A stretch of DNA of 61,591 nucleotides, taken from a bacterium. GTDB lineage: Bacteria; CLD3; SB21. Below, piece by piece: positions 50,955 through 61,512 of this stretch. The translations under genes were made by a program, and so were the position numbers. The notes under the pieces are model-generated. The model was given only the letters and a program-made list of their open reading frames with translations. It did no database searches and was not told the DNA's origin. The stretch spans positions 1-61,591 of the forward strand of contig JAEUSK010000243.1 of the NCBI GenBank assembly GCA_016787925.1. Direction: 5' to 3'. Position 1 is the stretch's first letter; each line of letters begins with the position of its first letter.

Positions 50955-51665
50955 TTATTTAAATAAATTATACTTTATGATGCACCATATAGCCGAAAAC
51001 CCGTCTTTCCAATTGATTTTTTTGCCTTCTTGATAAGTGCGTCCATAATAGGAAATTCCCACTTCATAAATGCGAATATTTGGGATTTTTGCAATTTTTG
51101 CAGTGACTTCAGGTTCAAATCCAAAACGATTTTGTTCAAGCTGGATGTTTTGAATAACTTCTTTCTTAAACATTTTGTAGCACGTTTCCATATCAGTTAA
51201 GTTCAAATTCGAAAACATGTTGGATAACATGGTCAAAAACTGATTTCCTTTATAATGCCAGAAATAGAGGACCCGATGAGCATCGCTTCCGCTAAATCGT
51301 GAACCGTAAACAACGTCGGCTTTTCCTTCTATGATCGGTACCAGAAGTTTTGAGTATTCGTTGGGGTCGTATTCTAAATCCGCATCCTGAACGACCATGA
51401 AGTCACCGGTCATGTGTTGGATTCCGGCTCGAATAGCGGCGCCCTTACCTTTATTTACTTCATGATAAATCACTCTATCAACCCGGCTTTCTATTTCATT
51501 CTTCAGCGTGGACCGCGTATTGTCTTTTGAACAGTCATCGACAATAATAATCTCTTTGTCAATGTTTACATTCTTGTATAAGACAGGAGCATTCAGCACT
51601 GCATCAACGATGCCTCGAATGGTTTTTTCTTCGTTATACACGGGTACTATAATTGATAATTTCAC
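50955..51665 (-). CDS. Glycosyltransferase family 2 (DPM1/polyprenol-phosphate glycosyltransferase-like, soluble)
   Basis: 236 aa with [20 protein letters not shown] and [10 protein letters not shown] motifs. Confidence 0.85.
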   Translation of the reverse strand: MKLSIIVPVYNEEKTIRGIVDAVLNAPVLYKNVNIDKEIIIVDDCSKDNTRSTLKNEIESRVDRVIYHEVNKGKGAAIRAGIQHMTGDFMVVQDADLEYDPNEYSKLLVPIIEGKADVVYGSRFSGSDAHRVLYFWHYKGNQFLTMLSNMFSNLNLTDMETCYKMFKKEVIQNIQLEQNRFGFEPEVTAKIAKIPNIRIYEVGISYYGRTYQEGKKINWKDGFSAIWCIIKYNLFK

Positions 51666-52825
51666 TCTACTACCTCTCGATGCTTTGAAATTAAGTTGTT
51701 GAACAAAGTTAAAGTTTCACCAGCACATTTCCGCCAGGAAAAATGATTTGTGCGTTCTTTGCCGGCTTGAATTAATTGGTTTTTTAAACTGGGGTCATGC
51801 AATATTTTGGAAATCGCTCCTGCAAGTACGTCAACATCCAATGGATTCACCAAAATTCCGGCATCCTTGATCATCTCCGGGAATGAATGAACATTGGAGG
51901 CTACTATCGGAACTCCTGCTGACATAGCCTCAAATAGGGGATTCCCAAAACTTTCGTAGGATGATGGAAATACAAAGATTTCACATTTCTTGTATAGGAA
52001 CTTAAGTTTGTCATGCCCTAGAAATCCGGGCATAATTACACGTTTCTCCAGTTCCAGATCTTTTATCATATTTCTGAGACGTTGTTCATAACTGTCTTTT
52101 GTGCTTAATCCCTTTCCAATTAGAACTAATTGATGTGGAATGTTGTATCGCTCCACCAGGGTCTTAAAAGCTAAAATTAATTTATCCTGATTCTTATATT
52201 CCCAGAGCGCAGAAACATAAAGTAAAAAAGGAGCGCTTATTCCAAGCGAATTAAATACGTCAGCGTAATCGCGTTCATCATATTCCTTTTCGAATAATGA
52301 AGTATTCACGCCATGATGGATCACCTTCACTTTGGCTGGATCAGTTTTTATATAATTGCAAATATCTTTCTTAATGTCTTCAGATGGCGCGATGATCATT
52401 TTTGCCCGTCGCGCGGAACGGGGCGTAAGCCATTTCCGGTACCATAACCTTGTCTTGTCGATGGCGTATGGATAATGATAATAAAGCATACTGCGGATCG
52501 CTACTACATACGGTACCGGACAATAAAACGAAGCAAAGTTATTGGGATAATACATAATATCAATTTTATACTTGGTTATCAGTGATGGCAATTTGATATG
52601 TTCACCCGCCAATCTGCGAAAAACATTGGACGAAGTGTTTGGAACTGATATTTTTTTAAAGTTTTGTTCCTTTAAGGGCAGGATATCTCCTTCAGAATCA
52701 CTGATAAAGAAATAAAATTCATTTTCTCTGTCGATTTCCTGTAAAGTTCTGGCAAGGTTAATGATGTAAGTCTGTCCACCTGTATCTTGTGTGATAGCGC
52801 CTAAGGCGCAAATGCCAATACGCAT
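51662..52825 (-). CDS. Glycosyltransferase family 4 (GT-B)
   Basis: 387 aa with an [23 protein letters not shown] (EX7E) motif. Confidence 0.85.
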   Translation of the reverse strand: MRIGICALGAITQDTGGQTYIINLARTLQEIDRENEFYFFISDSEGDILPLKEQNFKKISVPNTSSNVFRRLAGEHIKLPSLITKYKIDIMYYPNNFASFYCPVPYVVAIRSMLYYHYPYAIDKTRLWYRKWLTPRSARRAKMIIAPSEDIKKDICNYIKTDPAKVKVIHHGVNTSLFEKEYDERDYADVFNSLGISAPFLLYVSALWEYKNQDKLILAFKTLVERYNIPHQLVLIGKGLSTKDSYEQRLRNMIKDLELEKRVIMPGFLGHDKLKFLYKKCEIFVFPSSYESFGNPLFEAMSAGVPIVASNVHSFPEMIKDAGILVNPLDVDVLAGAISKILHDPSLKNQLIQAGKERTNHFSWRKCAGETLTLFNNLISKHREVVE

Positions 52826-52829
52826 GTAA

Positions 52830-53996
52830 TCAGTTTTTGACCTTTATGTATGAATTAGAAATAATGGCCTTCAGAAGTATTTCAGCCGCTTTCTTGTTTC
52901 CCAACTCGTTCCAATGTACGCCATTATATAAACCTGCTGTTTCGGAGTTTTGGCTTCTAAGTGAATCGAGAAAATTTATGAACGCTATTTTTTCTTTTCT
53001 GCAAAATTCAGCAAGAATAGCCTCAGGTTTTGATCGATCCCATATGGAATCATTAACCTTATATAACTGCTGAGTGGCTGTCCAGCTTGCATCATAGATT
53101 TGAAATTTGTCCGGTATTGAGAATAATAGAAAGTCCGAACCATGTCTCTCAGTGATTATCTTAGTTGCTCGTAAAATCTCTTTTGTTAATGTCCACGCTG
53201 AGTCGATTCCTGCGGAATATATTCGATCGTAAATATTAAATGAAGCCGGTGCACGGCCTTTTTGCGTAGCCATTTCAGCCGTCTCGATCGAAACGAGGCC
53301 TGACGAACCCAGAAACGCTGTCACATTCGGCATTCTTGATAAAACATTATTTAAAACAAACTGATATATCGCCATACCCCGAAACAAATCTTTGAAAGAT
53401 TCACTGGGTGGCGGTTCGGGCAATGGTGTATTGGTTAAAACAAGTGTATCGTTTTGAATATCAAATTTGGGTTTTGAATAGTTGCCGTATTTTTTCTGTG
53501 CGTTGTAATAGACGTCATTAGTGGGATACATCATCATCACGACAAGATCCGGGGAATATTTATAACCTTGAAGGAAGTAAAAAATATATTCCTGATCGTT
53601 ACTATATCCGCCTGTTCCTGCATTAATCACTTCTATATGAATAGAATTCTTGTAATAGTCATTCAATTTATTCTCTAATATGGTAGTAAAAAGCGATTCA
53701 AACTCGACGTCGTAACCTTCAGTGAATGAATCTCCCAAAAAAAGTATGCGGTAAGTATTGGCTGGTTTTTCATATTCGTATTCTGTACTGCGCAAGCCTT
53801 TTGAATTTAGCTTTTCGTGTATCCGGACGTCACCTCGTTGAAAATGGCCTTCTACATTTGGTTTCTTTTCCCATCCTAAAATTTCGTGGTATTGGGAAAA
53901 CTTTCTTAAATAGGTCGCCGGCTGGACACCGATGATCCTTAATCCTATCTCGATAAGCAAAAAGGACAATACTAATCCAATACCGATTGCCAGCAA
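52830..53996 (-). CDS. SGNH/GDSL-family hydrolase or acyltransferase-like protein with an N-terminal TM anchor
   Basis: 388 aa with an FLGDSFTEGY block I, a GTGGYSNDQE block II/III and a late HWN motif (GVHWNELGN). Confidence 0.75.
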   Translation of the reverse strand: MLAIGIGLVLSFLLIEIGLRIIGVQPATYLRKFSQYHEILGWEKKPNVEGHFQRGDVRIHEKLNSKGLRSTEYEYEKPANTYRILFLGDSFTEGYDVEFESLFTTILENKLNDYYKNSIHIEVINAGTGGYSNDQEYIFYFLQGYKYSPDLVVMMMYPTNDVYYNAQKKYGNYSKPKFDIQNDTLVLTNTPLPEPPPSESFKDLFRGMAIYQFVLNNVLSRMPNVTAFLGSSGLVSIETAEMATQKGRAPASFNIYDRIYSAGIDSAWTLTKEILRATKIITERHGSDFLLFSIPDKFQIYDASWTATQQLYKVNDSIWDRSKPEAILAEFCRKEKIAFINFLDSLRSQNSETAGLYNGVHWNELGNKKAAEILLKAIISNSYIKVKN

Positions 53997-54028
53997 ATAA
54001 AAACTGAATTGCCTGATGGTAAATCTCC

Positions 54029-55435
54029 TTAAGTTGCCGGTTTAACAGGGTTGAATGAAATGTTGCGGCGATCGAATAATAGGCAGACACTCAGAATACT
54101 CCAAATATAAATTCCAAACGTCGTTTGTGAAACAGTATAACCTGTCATACTCATGATACAAAAGCAAAGCAACAAAATCATTGCAAATAGATTTAAACTC
54201 TTAAAATGAGGATTCGATGAGGTGCTTCTGTTGTTGACTAATTGAAAAAACAAACGTGCCAGCATTATCAAAAAGATAATAAAACCAGTAAAACCTGTTC
54301 GTACGATAATATCTATATACTCGTTATGCGCCGCTATGCCATACCCTGTTCCGAATAGTTTTTGGTTGACGTCCATATTGTCAATAACATCTATCGCGTC
54401 CTGCCACATATAGATTCTCCCGCCGCCGGCAAATCGAAATAATTTATCCTGTTTACCGGACCGCTCATATTCCTCTATTGCGCGAATCTCCTTCCATGAC
54501 CTCTGTCGGAAGTCTTCGTTATTTATGATCCATAATACGAGAAGAGGAGCAAGAGTAAGAACCAAAAGATATTTTCTGTAATACAAAATCAACCACATAA
54601 CGCCAAACACAAATACAACCAGGTACATAATGCGTGTAAGCGCCAAATAAAGAAATATCAAATTCGCGGCGATCAATAGAACGGCAAATAATTTTTTAAT
54701 AAGAATCTTTTCCTGACCTCCGCGGTCATGATTCAGCAACTGCAGATAGAACACAGAGACTGTAAAACCGATGAAGGCGTTAATGGACAATCCTCCGGCG
54801 TCGTGATAAATGCCTGCGAACCGTTTGACATCCTGTCCGACGGTGACATTATAACCCCCGAAAACAAACAAAAAGACTGATAAGACTGTGGGTGTAATAG
54901 CGGAATAAAAAAGAGTCTTTATGATAAGCACATCGTCTCCATGGCGATCAAATACAAAAGGCAGCGCCAAGAAAATGAAGAAGCCATTTAACAGTTTAAA
55001 AAAATAGGTTAAGCCTCCAAGGACATTTCCAACAGCAAAACTGTCAAAAAAAATAATAAATATACTTACCAGATTTATGAAAATAAAAAGCAGCACGCCT
55101 GAATTTCTAGAATTTACCTTGAATATTTTGGGCGTCATTGCGAAATAGACCATGCATAAAAATGGAATGATGAAACCGGTGATCTTCAGCAGATTTAGTG
55201 AAATGGATCCAAGAGAAAATAATTGAGTGTCCCATGCAAGATCGATAATGGGCTTCAGGAATAATAATGCGATGAAGCCCGACCGATAATTTCTCGTAAA
55301 CAAAAAAAGCAGTGCAAAAAAAGCGATTAACGAAACAATTCCTGTAATTTCCAGATTGATTACTGCCCACAGGCCGACCAGCATGATTATAAAAAGAAAA
55401 AATAATTTTTTTATATTTAGCAAATTGGTTTCCAT
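54029..55435 (-). CDS. O-antigen ligase / Wzy-like polymerase family membrane protein, copy A
   Basis: 468 aa with more than 10 TM segments and a periplasmic loop carrying a GTGYGIAAHNEYIDIIVRTG motif typical of Wzy_C. Confidence 0.75.
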   Translation of the reverse strand: METNLLNIKKLFFLFIIMLVGLWAVINLEITGIVSLIAFFALLFLFTRNYRSGFIALLFLKPIIDLAWDTQLFSLGSISLNLLKITGFIIPFLCMVYFAMTPKIFKVNSRNSGVLLFIFINLVSIFIIFFDSFAVGNVLGGLTYFFKLLNGFFIFLALPFVFDRHGDDVLIIKTLFYSAITPTVLSVFLFVFGGYNVTVGQDVKRFAGIYHDAGGLSINAFIGFTVSVFYLQLLNHDRGGQEKILIKKLFAVLLIAANLIFLYLALTRIMYLVVFVFGVMWLILYYRKYLLVLTLAPLLVLWIINNEDFRQRSWKEIRAIEEYERSGKQDKLFRFAGGGRIYMWQDAIDVIDNMDVNQKLFGTGYGIAAHNEYIDIIVRTGFTGFIIFLIMLARLFFQLVNNRSTSSNPHFKSLNLFAMILLLCFCIMSMTGYTVSQTTFGIYIWSILSVCLLFDRRNISFNPVKPAT

Positions 55436-55441
55436 AAGGAC

Positions 55442-56740
55442 TTACTGAAAACGGTTAATTGGAAACAGACGTAGTGAAATCCTAGAGATCACATCTGCGG
55501 AAAATAGAATCCAGACTATATGATAAGGTATGGCATGCCTTGTATGTGACCAAAATAACCAAGAGATCAAAAGAAATGAGACAATTAGCAAAATAAATAT
55601 AAAGGAATGATTCCTTTTTCTGATATTAAACCCTAAGCCAATCAGGCCCAACAATAAAAGTGGAACGTAAAAAAGCGTGTGAACCCACTGGCGCAGGCGA
55701 GAGTTCTTGTCCGCGGTATATTCTGTTTTTGGATTGTACGTGATGCCGAGCAGGCCAAGGTTTTTGAAATACAGAGACTTTATGAAACCGATCGGATGTT
55801 CTCCTATATATTCAAGTCCTTTTCGCATAAAATAACGGTCTTGTTCGACCGTGTTATCTGACTTGAGCTTCTCAAGATCTTCCGCTGGAATTAATGAGAA
55901 CATGGTTCGTTCAATTTTATCAACCGAAAGATCGGGAAAAACCGAAGAGTCATAAGTGAACTGATTATTACCGGTATATATAGTTCGGCCTGTGGCGTCG
56001 GAAAGAGAAAAATTATCATATATACTATAATGAAATAGCAGCCAGGGTAACAGGATGAAAAATGAAGTGACGGCAAACAGGGACGCATGAAGAAATTTCC
56101 GGCTGTGGCTTTTAAAAAGTAAATATAGGGCCATCAGAGGAATAAACAAAACGATGGTCTGGCGCGTCATAAGTGACAATCCAATAAACACGGCAGAAAA
56201 AAAAGTATCGTAAAAAGAGCTCGTCTTAAGACTTCTTAGAACAAACAATATCCCCAGGCACAAAAACGGCATAAATAAATTATCATCGCTCACGTTACCC
56301 GCACGGGTAAGGAAATGAGGATACAAGCACGCAAGTACGGCAGCTATAGAGGCTGTCCGTATGTCCCAAACATGTCGGCTGATGAAAAATATGATAACAG
56401 GAACTGTGGCTCCGATAATGGACTGAACGAAGATAAACAAAAAACTATGATCGCCAAAAACAAACAACATTCCCGCGTAAAAGAAAGTATAGAGCGGAGG
56501 CCTGAATGTAATTAGATTCTGAACCAGAACATCTTTATTATTTGTATATCTCCAAAAGTATCCATCTCCATTTATTATATTTTCAGCAAAATCACGAAAG
56601 CCATAGGCGCCACCCAACACTTGATCGACGTACAAGCCGGCCGCCATTCTTAAAACAAATCCAACTGCAAAGATCACAATTAAAAAAGTTCGTATATCCC
56701 TGCGTCCGAAGAAAGTGATATCCGTCTGATTTATATTCAT
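55442..56740 (-). CDS. GT-C fold glycosyltransferase (GT39/ArnT/PMT-like)
   Basis: 432 aa and polytopic. The N-terminal region (GFRDFAENIINGDGYFW...RPPLYTFF) resembles ArnT/PMT-type enzymes. Confidence 0.7.
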   Translation of the reverse strand: MNINQTDITFFGRRDIRTFLIVIFAVGFVLRMAAGLYVDQVLGGAYGFRDFAENIINGDGYFWRYTNNKDVLVQNLITFRPPLYTFFYAGMLFVFGDHSFLFIFVQSIIGATVPVIIFFISRHVWDIRTASIAAVLACLYPHFLTRAGNVSDDNLFMPFLCLGILFVLRSLKTSSFYDTFFSAVFIGLSLMTRQTIVLFIPLMALYLLFKSHSRKFLHASLFAVTSFFILLPWLLFHYSIYDNFSLSDATGRTIYTGNNQFTYDSSVFPDLSVDKIERTMFSLIPAEDLEKLKSDNTVEQDRYFMRKGLEYIGEHPIGFIKSLYFKNLGLLGITYNPKTEYTADKNSRLRQWVHTLFYVPLLLLGLIGLGFNIRKRNHSFIFILLIVSFLLISWLFWSHTRHAIPYHIVWILFSADVISRISLRLFPINRFQ

Positions 56741-57723
56741 TAATCTCGTGATTCTTTCGCGGCTATGGTTACTTTGAAATCAACATATTTTTCATAATCG
56801 TAATAAGGTATGAAAAGTTTCTGAGTACGATACGTCAATATGATAAATACAAGAAACAGAGATACAAAAAAAGCTTGCATGACGATCATAGTAAACCCAA
56901 AGACTACGGTCGAAGCCCACCCGGGCGTGGCGTAGGCTGTAAGAAACTTGACGCCGACAACGACCAATATACTGATAATTGAAAAAAGAATTAATATTAT
57001 TGAAATCAATAGAAATCTAACTGCCACAATATCGATTTGAACCGAAATAGCGCTTAACCCATGGATAATAAGAGTTGTTAGGTTCATTTTCGAAATGCCG
57101 CAAAATCGCGTACCTCTATTCGTTTCGATTGTCGTAATGGGAAGTTTTGATCGAATTACGCCGCCTGAAAAGTGGTTCCATATTTCCGAGACGTTGACCA
57201 GCCTTTTTAAGAGTTTTTGAGGAATGAGGCAAAAATTGCCAAACGAAATGGAGAATCCGGTCAAGACTCTATAAACCAGCTTATAAATTTTATACAGCAG
57301 AACAAACACGACTCCCTCAGATCTTTTTTTACGCTGCGCAAATACTATTCTCTCGCCGGATTCCAGGTGTCTTGCCAATAGTTTTGAAATATCTTCAGGC
57401 TGATCCTCGCCGTCTGAGTCCATAATAACTACTGCGTCGTATAGTGGTTCTCTTGAAATAGAGGCTAAGGCAATCGTAATGGCTTTTTGATGGCCTACAT
57501 TTCTATTCAAGGATAATATTTCTAAGAGATTTATTTTTTGTAATCCCCCCCATTCGGAAGAGTGTTTTTTATATGACAGGGTCGATCCGTCATCGATCGC
57601 CATTATGGAAACCTCCACATTATCAAATATCGGGTTTGACAAAGCAATCTGATCTATACGGTGCAACAGGACGGTAAAAGACTCCCAATCATTAAAGACC
57701 GGCGTTATGATTACTACTTTCAT
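56740..57723 (-). CDS. GtrB/ArnC-like GT2 polyprenol-phosphate glycosyltransferase with two C-terminal TM helices
   Basis: 327 aa with VVIITPVFND, IDDGS and MDSDGEDQP motifs plus C-terminal TM helices. Its stop overlaps the start of the GT-C gene by 1 nt. Confidence 0.85.
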   Translation of the reverse strand: MKVVIITPVFNDWESFTVLLHRIDQIALSNPIFDNVEVSIMAIDDGSTLSYKKHSSEWGGLQKINLLEILSLNRNVGHQKAITIALASISREPLYDAVVIMDSDGEDQPEDISKLLARHLESGERIVFAQRKKRSEGVVFVLLYKIYKLVYRVLTGFSISFGNFCLIPQKLLKRLVNVSEIWNHFSGGVIRSKLPITTIETNRGTRFCGISKMNLTTLIIHGLSAISVQIDIVAVRFLLISIILILFSIISILVVVGVKFLTAYATPGWASTVVFGFTMIVMQAFFVSLFLVFIILTYRTQKLFIPYYDYEKYVDFKVTIAAKESRD

Positions 57724-57860
57724 ATACTTTTTTTCTAATAAAGTTTGTATTGCATTACAGCACCGTGCTGTTAAAATATACAGCTATTAGAACGCAATAC
57801 TGTGACCGTATAGTGAAAAACCGGATCAACTTAAGCGCATAACTTTACTGATTAGTGATA

Positions 57861-59024
57861 TTATTGCGCTATGTCTATTATCCATCTAATTGCTTGTTCA
57901 AAGCCGAGGACGCTTTTTTTAATTGAAAATTTCTGATCGATCGTTTTCATCCCATTCTCGGCCAAAGTAGCCATAAATTCGGGTTTTTTCAAACAATAAA
58001 TAATTTTTAGCTTCAGATCGTCCACGTCGTTCGGATCAATGACAATGCCGTTAATATCATCTTCGATGAGGTCAGCAGTACAGCCCGCATATTTGCTGCA
58101 TAGCGTTGGCACACCGGCGGCCATGGATTCTATAGGCACCAGACCATATAATTCTTGCGTTGACGTAAAAAGCATTAAATCAGCAAATGCAAGAAATTCA
58201 GGTAATTCTTCCTTCTGTTTGAATCCCCAGAAATAAATATGATGCAAGTCATTATTCTCTGACCAACTTCTCAGGTTTATTTCCTCCGGCCCGCTCCCCA
58301 CGATATGAGTCCCGAAAACCGGTGATCCATATTCGCTTTGAATTGCCTTAACGGCCTGCAGTAGCAAGTGAACGCCCTTTCTGTTTTCAAGATAACCAAC
58401 AAATAGGATATTCAAGTCAGGCAAATTACGTTCAGAAATGTACTGACGCTTTTGCATCCGCAATTTCTGTACTCGCCCGGATATAAATTCTGTATCGACT
58501 GTATTAGTTCCTATGAATATCTGCTTTGGTTCTATTCTCCATTTTTGTAAATATTTAGCGGCTTCAGTACCATAAGCTACAAAAGCTGCGGCAGATTTAA
58601 TTTGTAAATGTCTCAAAATATGCCGCAGGCTGCGGAATCGTGAGCGGATTTTATCCTCAGCAATAGTCTCGCCAGTCCAAATTATAAAAGGAATATGAAA
58701 CAACTTCGCATATAATAATGTCCAAAGCGTGGCCAATGAAAAGCCTCCGACAATAATCATATTTGGGCGATTTTTATACAACGAAGGTAAAAGAGACAGC
58801 GCCAATGATGTAAATCCTTCCTTATAGGCTACATTCCAATCTCTTAAATATTCAAAATCAAAATGAAATTCGCTTTCATCGATTTGCCATTTGCGCCGCC
58901 TGTAACTCTTTGTCAAAAAAATAATGTGCAACTTCCAGTTACTGCTTTTGAATCGTTCGTGCATCTGATTGAATAGAGGAATACGATAAGGGCTTGGTAT
59001 ATTTGTAATAATCACTATTTTCAT
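57861..59024 (-). CDS. Glycosyltransferase family 4 (GT-B)
   Basis: I use the ATG at 59024 (MKIVIITNIPSPYR), which overlaps the upstream stop (ATGA). It has an EX7E region (TSTQELYGLVPIESMAAGVP). Confidence 0.85.
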   Translation of the reverse strand: MKIVIITNIPSPYRIPLFNQMHERFKSSNWKLHIIFLTKSYRRRKWQIDESEFHFDFEYLRDWNVAYKEGFTSLALSLLPSLYKNRPNMIIVGGFSLATLWTLLYAKLFHIPFIIWTGETIAEDKIRSRFRSLRHILRHLQIKSAAAFVAYGTEAAKYLQKWRIEPKQIFIGTNTVDTEFISGRVQKLRMQKRQYISERNLPDLNILFVGYLENRKGVHLLLQAVKAIQSEYGSPVFGTHIVGSGPEEINLRSWSENNDLHHIYFWGFKQKEELPEFLAFADLMLFTSTQELYGLVPIESMAAGVPTLCSKYAGCTADLIEDDINGIVIDPNDVDDLKLKIIYCLKKPEFMATLAENGMKTIDQKFSIKKSVLGFEQAIRWIIDIAQ

Positions 59025-60328
59025 GACTCTCCGCCGCCGGTCTTGCTTTGAAGAGCAACTAAACCAAGTGAACTCCAAAAAAAGTAACTAAAAGTAGTGT
59101 TATCCCACGGCTGCATAAAAACATTCATTATACCGGTTACAACAAAAAATAATACAAAAACAAATATAATAATCAACACGCTTTTGTTTTCTTTGAGTTT
59201 AACACGCAAAAAAAGCCCTATCTTATACAGAAAAACTAACCAAACTGTCAGCCCTAATATTCCATTGCGCAATAACCAGGCGATGTATTGATTATGAGAT
59301 CCGAATGAACCGCCTGAGCCAATCGCCATGGATAATTTATCCAACTCCATGTAATGCCGACGCGCATCATTCCAAAGCCATATTCGGCCGGACCCCAGTC
59401 TTTTGATTTCATTGAGGTTCGTAGTTTTGTCGGTTTTTTCCATCCAAAGTAGTTCTCTTTCGAATCTCTTTTGAGTCAGCGGAACCAGAGTAAAAATGAG
59501 AATGGCCGCTGCGATCATTGCGAACAAAATCTGATATTTCTTGAGAAAAACAAAAAAAAGCACAAGAAATATCATAAGGCATATCCACAACGTTCGACTA
59601 AAAGTAAAATACAAAACCGTAGAACAGAGTATAGAATATAAGGAATACACTACTCTTAACGGTTTAGCAGTTTCGGTAAAAAATAGAAATAGGGATAATA
59701 TGATTCCCGTAAACATCACGATTGACAGCGTACCCGGGTCGTGGTAAGTCCCATTTAAACGGTGAAACAATGCAGCGGAGTAGGGTTCCGAAACATCGGC
59801 AAACAAGAGTTTAATCGAAGTCGAACTTAGCTGATACCAGCTAATGAAACACGGGATCATGGTTGAAACCAGAAAGGCGCGCAAGAAGAAGACCCGGTCT
59901 TTTGATTGATTTAAAATAAATGGAACAACCAGAACTGCCGAGAAAAGATTTAGATACCTTAGATTCCAATCTAAAATGTGCTTAAACGTTAAAGGCGTAT
60001 GCGGCAAAGGTAAAAACATGAAATGGCTGTTTATGGCGCCCCATAAGGAGGCGAGGCCATTTAAAACAAGTAAGATCAGCAGCAATTTGAAAAAAGGATG
60101 TTTGGATACGGCCGGGCGTTTGAAAAAAACATAAATTCCGCAAAATATAGGGAATAATGCGCCTGTAATTTTCAAGACAGTCAAACGGTCTATAACTGCA
60201 TAATCCCAAAAAATATCAATAGTGAATTTGGTCGAAAAAAAGAATAACAAGGCCCAACGCGGGCTCTTAAAGGATAGAATTATCAGTATACAAAGATATA
60301 AAAGCAGAACGCTTTGTTGAGGCTCCAT
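59021..60328 (-). CDS. O-antigen ligase / Wzy-like polymerase family membrane protein, copy B
   Basis: 435 aa with more than 10 TM segments and a GSGGSFGSHNQYIAWLLRNG loop motif analogous to copy A. Confidence 0.7.
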   Translation of the reverse strand: MEPQQSVLLLYLCILIILSFKSPRWALLFFFSTKFTIDIFWDYAVIDRLTVLKITGALFPIFCGIYVFFKRPAVSKHPFFKLLLILLVLNGLASLWGAINSHFMFLPLPHTPLTFKHILDWNLRYLNLFSAVLVVPFILNQSKDRVFFLRAFLVSTMIPCFISWYQLSSTSIKLLFADVSEPYSAALFHRLNGTYHDPGTLSIVMFTGIILSLFLFFTETAKPLRVVYSLYSILCSTVLYFTFSRTLWICLMIFLVLFFVFLKKYQILFAMIAAAILIFTLVPLTQKRFERELLWMEKTDKTTNLNEIKRLGSGRIWLWNDARRHYMELDKLSMAIGSGGSFGSHNQYIAWLLRNGILGLTVWLVFLYKIGLFLRVKLKENKSVLIIIFVFVLFFVVTGIMNVFMQPWDNTTFSYFFWSSLGLVALQSKTGGGES

Positions 60329-60329
60329 T

Positions 60330-61502
60330 TCACAAGCCTCGGTTTAGCAGTTTCATAAAAAGATCGTTCATCGCATCAGCCGACTTTTCAATATTGTGGT
60401 TTTCAATTGCATAGGCGCGGGCGTTTACGCCCATTTTTCTCCGGAGTTCTTCGCTTTCAACAAGCTGCAAAACATCAATTACTAATTGATCAAAACTTCG
60501 GGAATGGAACCCTAATCCATTTTTTTCAATAATACCGTCAGGATCATAATTCAGAGTAACGACGGGGGTTTCATTCAGCCACGCCTGGATATACGTATTC
60601 GGAAACCCTTCCCGGTCAGGCATTGTTGTATTAACAAATACCGAAGCCTTCCCAAACATTCGATTGGATTCTGACCAGGACAAAGGCCCGATATATTGGA
60701 TATTAGTGAGTTCCTTCATTTGTGAAAAAATTTCATCCTTATACTGCTCATGGGGGATAGTACCGGCAAATTGAAATTGAATGGGTTTGCCCTGCAGTCG
60801 TTTTGCCAGTTCAATAAAAAGCTCCAAACGTTTTCTTCGTCCTGCGTGGGCAATCCAGAAAACAATCGGCGGATTATCCTTTTCAGTAATTGCATCAGGA
60901 ACTTCATGACTTGAAGGTATGAGATACGCTGTAATATTTCTTTTTTCCTTTAACCGCATGGTTTGCTCGTTTGTTTGTGCAATTACTAAACTCGATTTTT
61001 CAATCGTATTGTTGAAGAAATAGTCAGATAAAAGAGCATGGAAATACAGAATGGTTTTTTTAAGAATGCTTTTCTTGCTTTGAATAACCTCTTGTCGGCT
61101 AAATGACATGATCAGATCGTTGTTTTCAGCGCAATGGTAGATTAGAATCTTACGATATCTTTTAGCGAAGCGATACCCGGCGGGGGATGATGTGAAATAA
61201 GAGCGGCCTCGTTGATAGATCAGAGCCGGATTGATTGATTTCAAAAGCCTGGAAATATCCTTCCGAAAGAATGAAAATAGTGCGCGTTTCTTAACCCAGT
61301 GCACGTGGATCCCATCATGGATTGTAACAGTACCGATTTTCACCGGGAAAAGAGTTTGTGCTATAAAATGGACATCCCAGGAACGTTTGGACAGGTGTTT
61401 CGCAATTAAATAAGTCTGAACCTCGACGCCTCCTACTCTTTCGGAAAAAAAATGAGGCATGAGAATACAAATAGATTTTGTGTAATTATTTGAATTGGGC
61501 AT
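60330..61502 (-). CDS. Glycosyltransferase family 4 (GT-B)
   Basis: 390 aa with a GT-B architecture and a REGFPNTYIQAWLNETPVV (EX7-like) motif. Confidence 0.8.
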   Translation of the reverse strand: MPNSNNYTKSICILMPHFFSERVGGVEVQTYLIAKHLSKRSWDVHFIAQTLFPVKIGTVTIHDGIHVHWVKKRALFSFFRKDISRLLKSINPALIYQRGRSYFTSSPAGYRFAKRYRKILIYHCAENNDLIMSFSRQEVIQSKKSILKKTILYFHALLSDYFFNNTIEKSSLVIAQTNEQTMRLKEKRNITAYLIPSSHEVPDAITEKDNPPIVFWIAHAGRRKRLELFIELAKRLQGKPIQFQFAGTIPHEQYKDEIFSQMKELTNIQYIGPLSWSESNRMFGKASVFVNTTMPDREGFPNTYIQAWLNETPVVTLNYDPDGIIEKNGLGFHSRSFDQLVIDVLQLVESEELRRKMGVNARAYAIENHNIEKSADAMNDLFMKLLNRGL

Positions 61503-61512
61503 AGCGTCCTTA

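Noticed and set aside
57724-57860. A 137-bp gap containing the palindrome acagcac-cg-gtgctgt, considered as a terminator or small-ORF site.
   Set aside because: The 7-bp stem has no following U-tract on the transcribed (minus) strand, and the only ORF is 4 codons long. It may hold an internal promoter, but I could not find convincing -35 and -10 hexamers.
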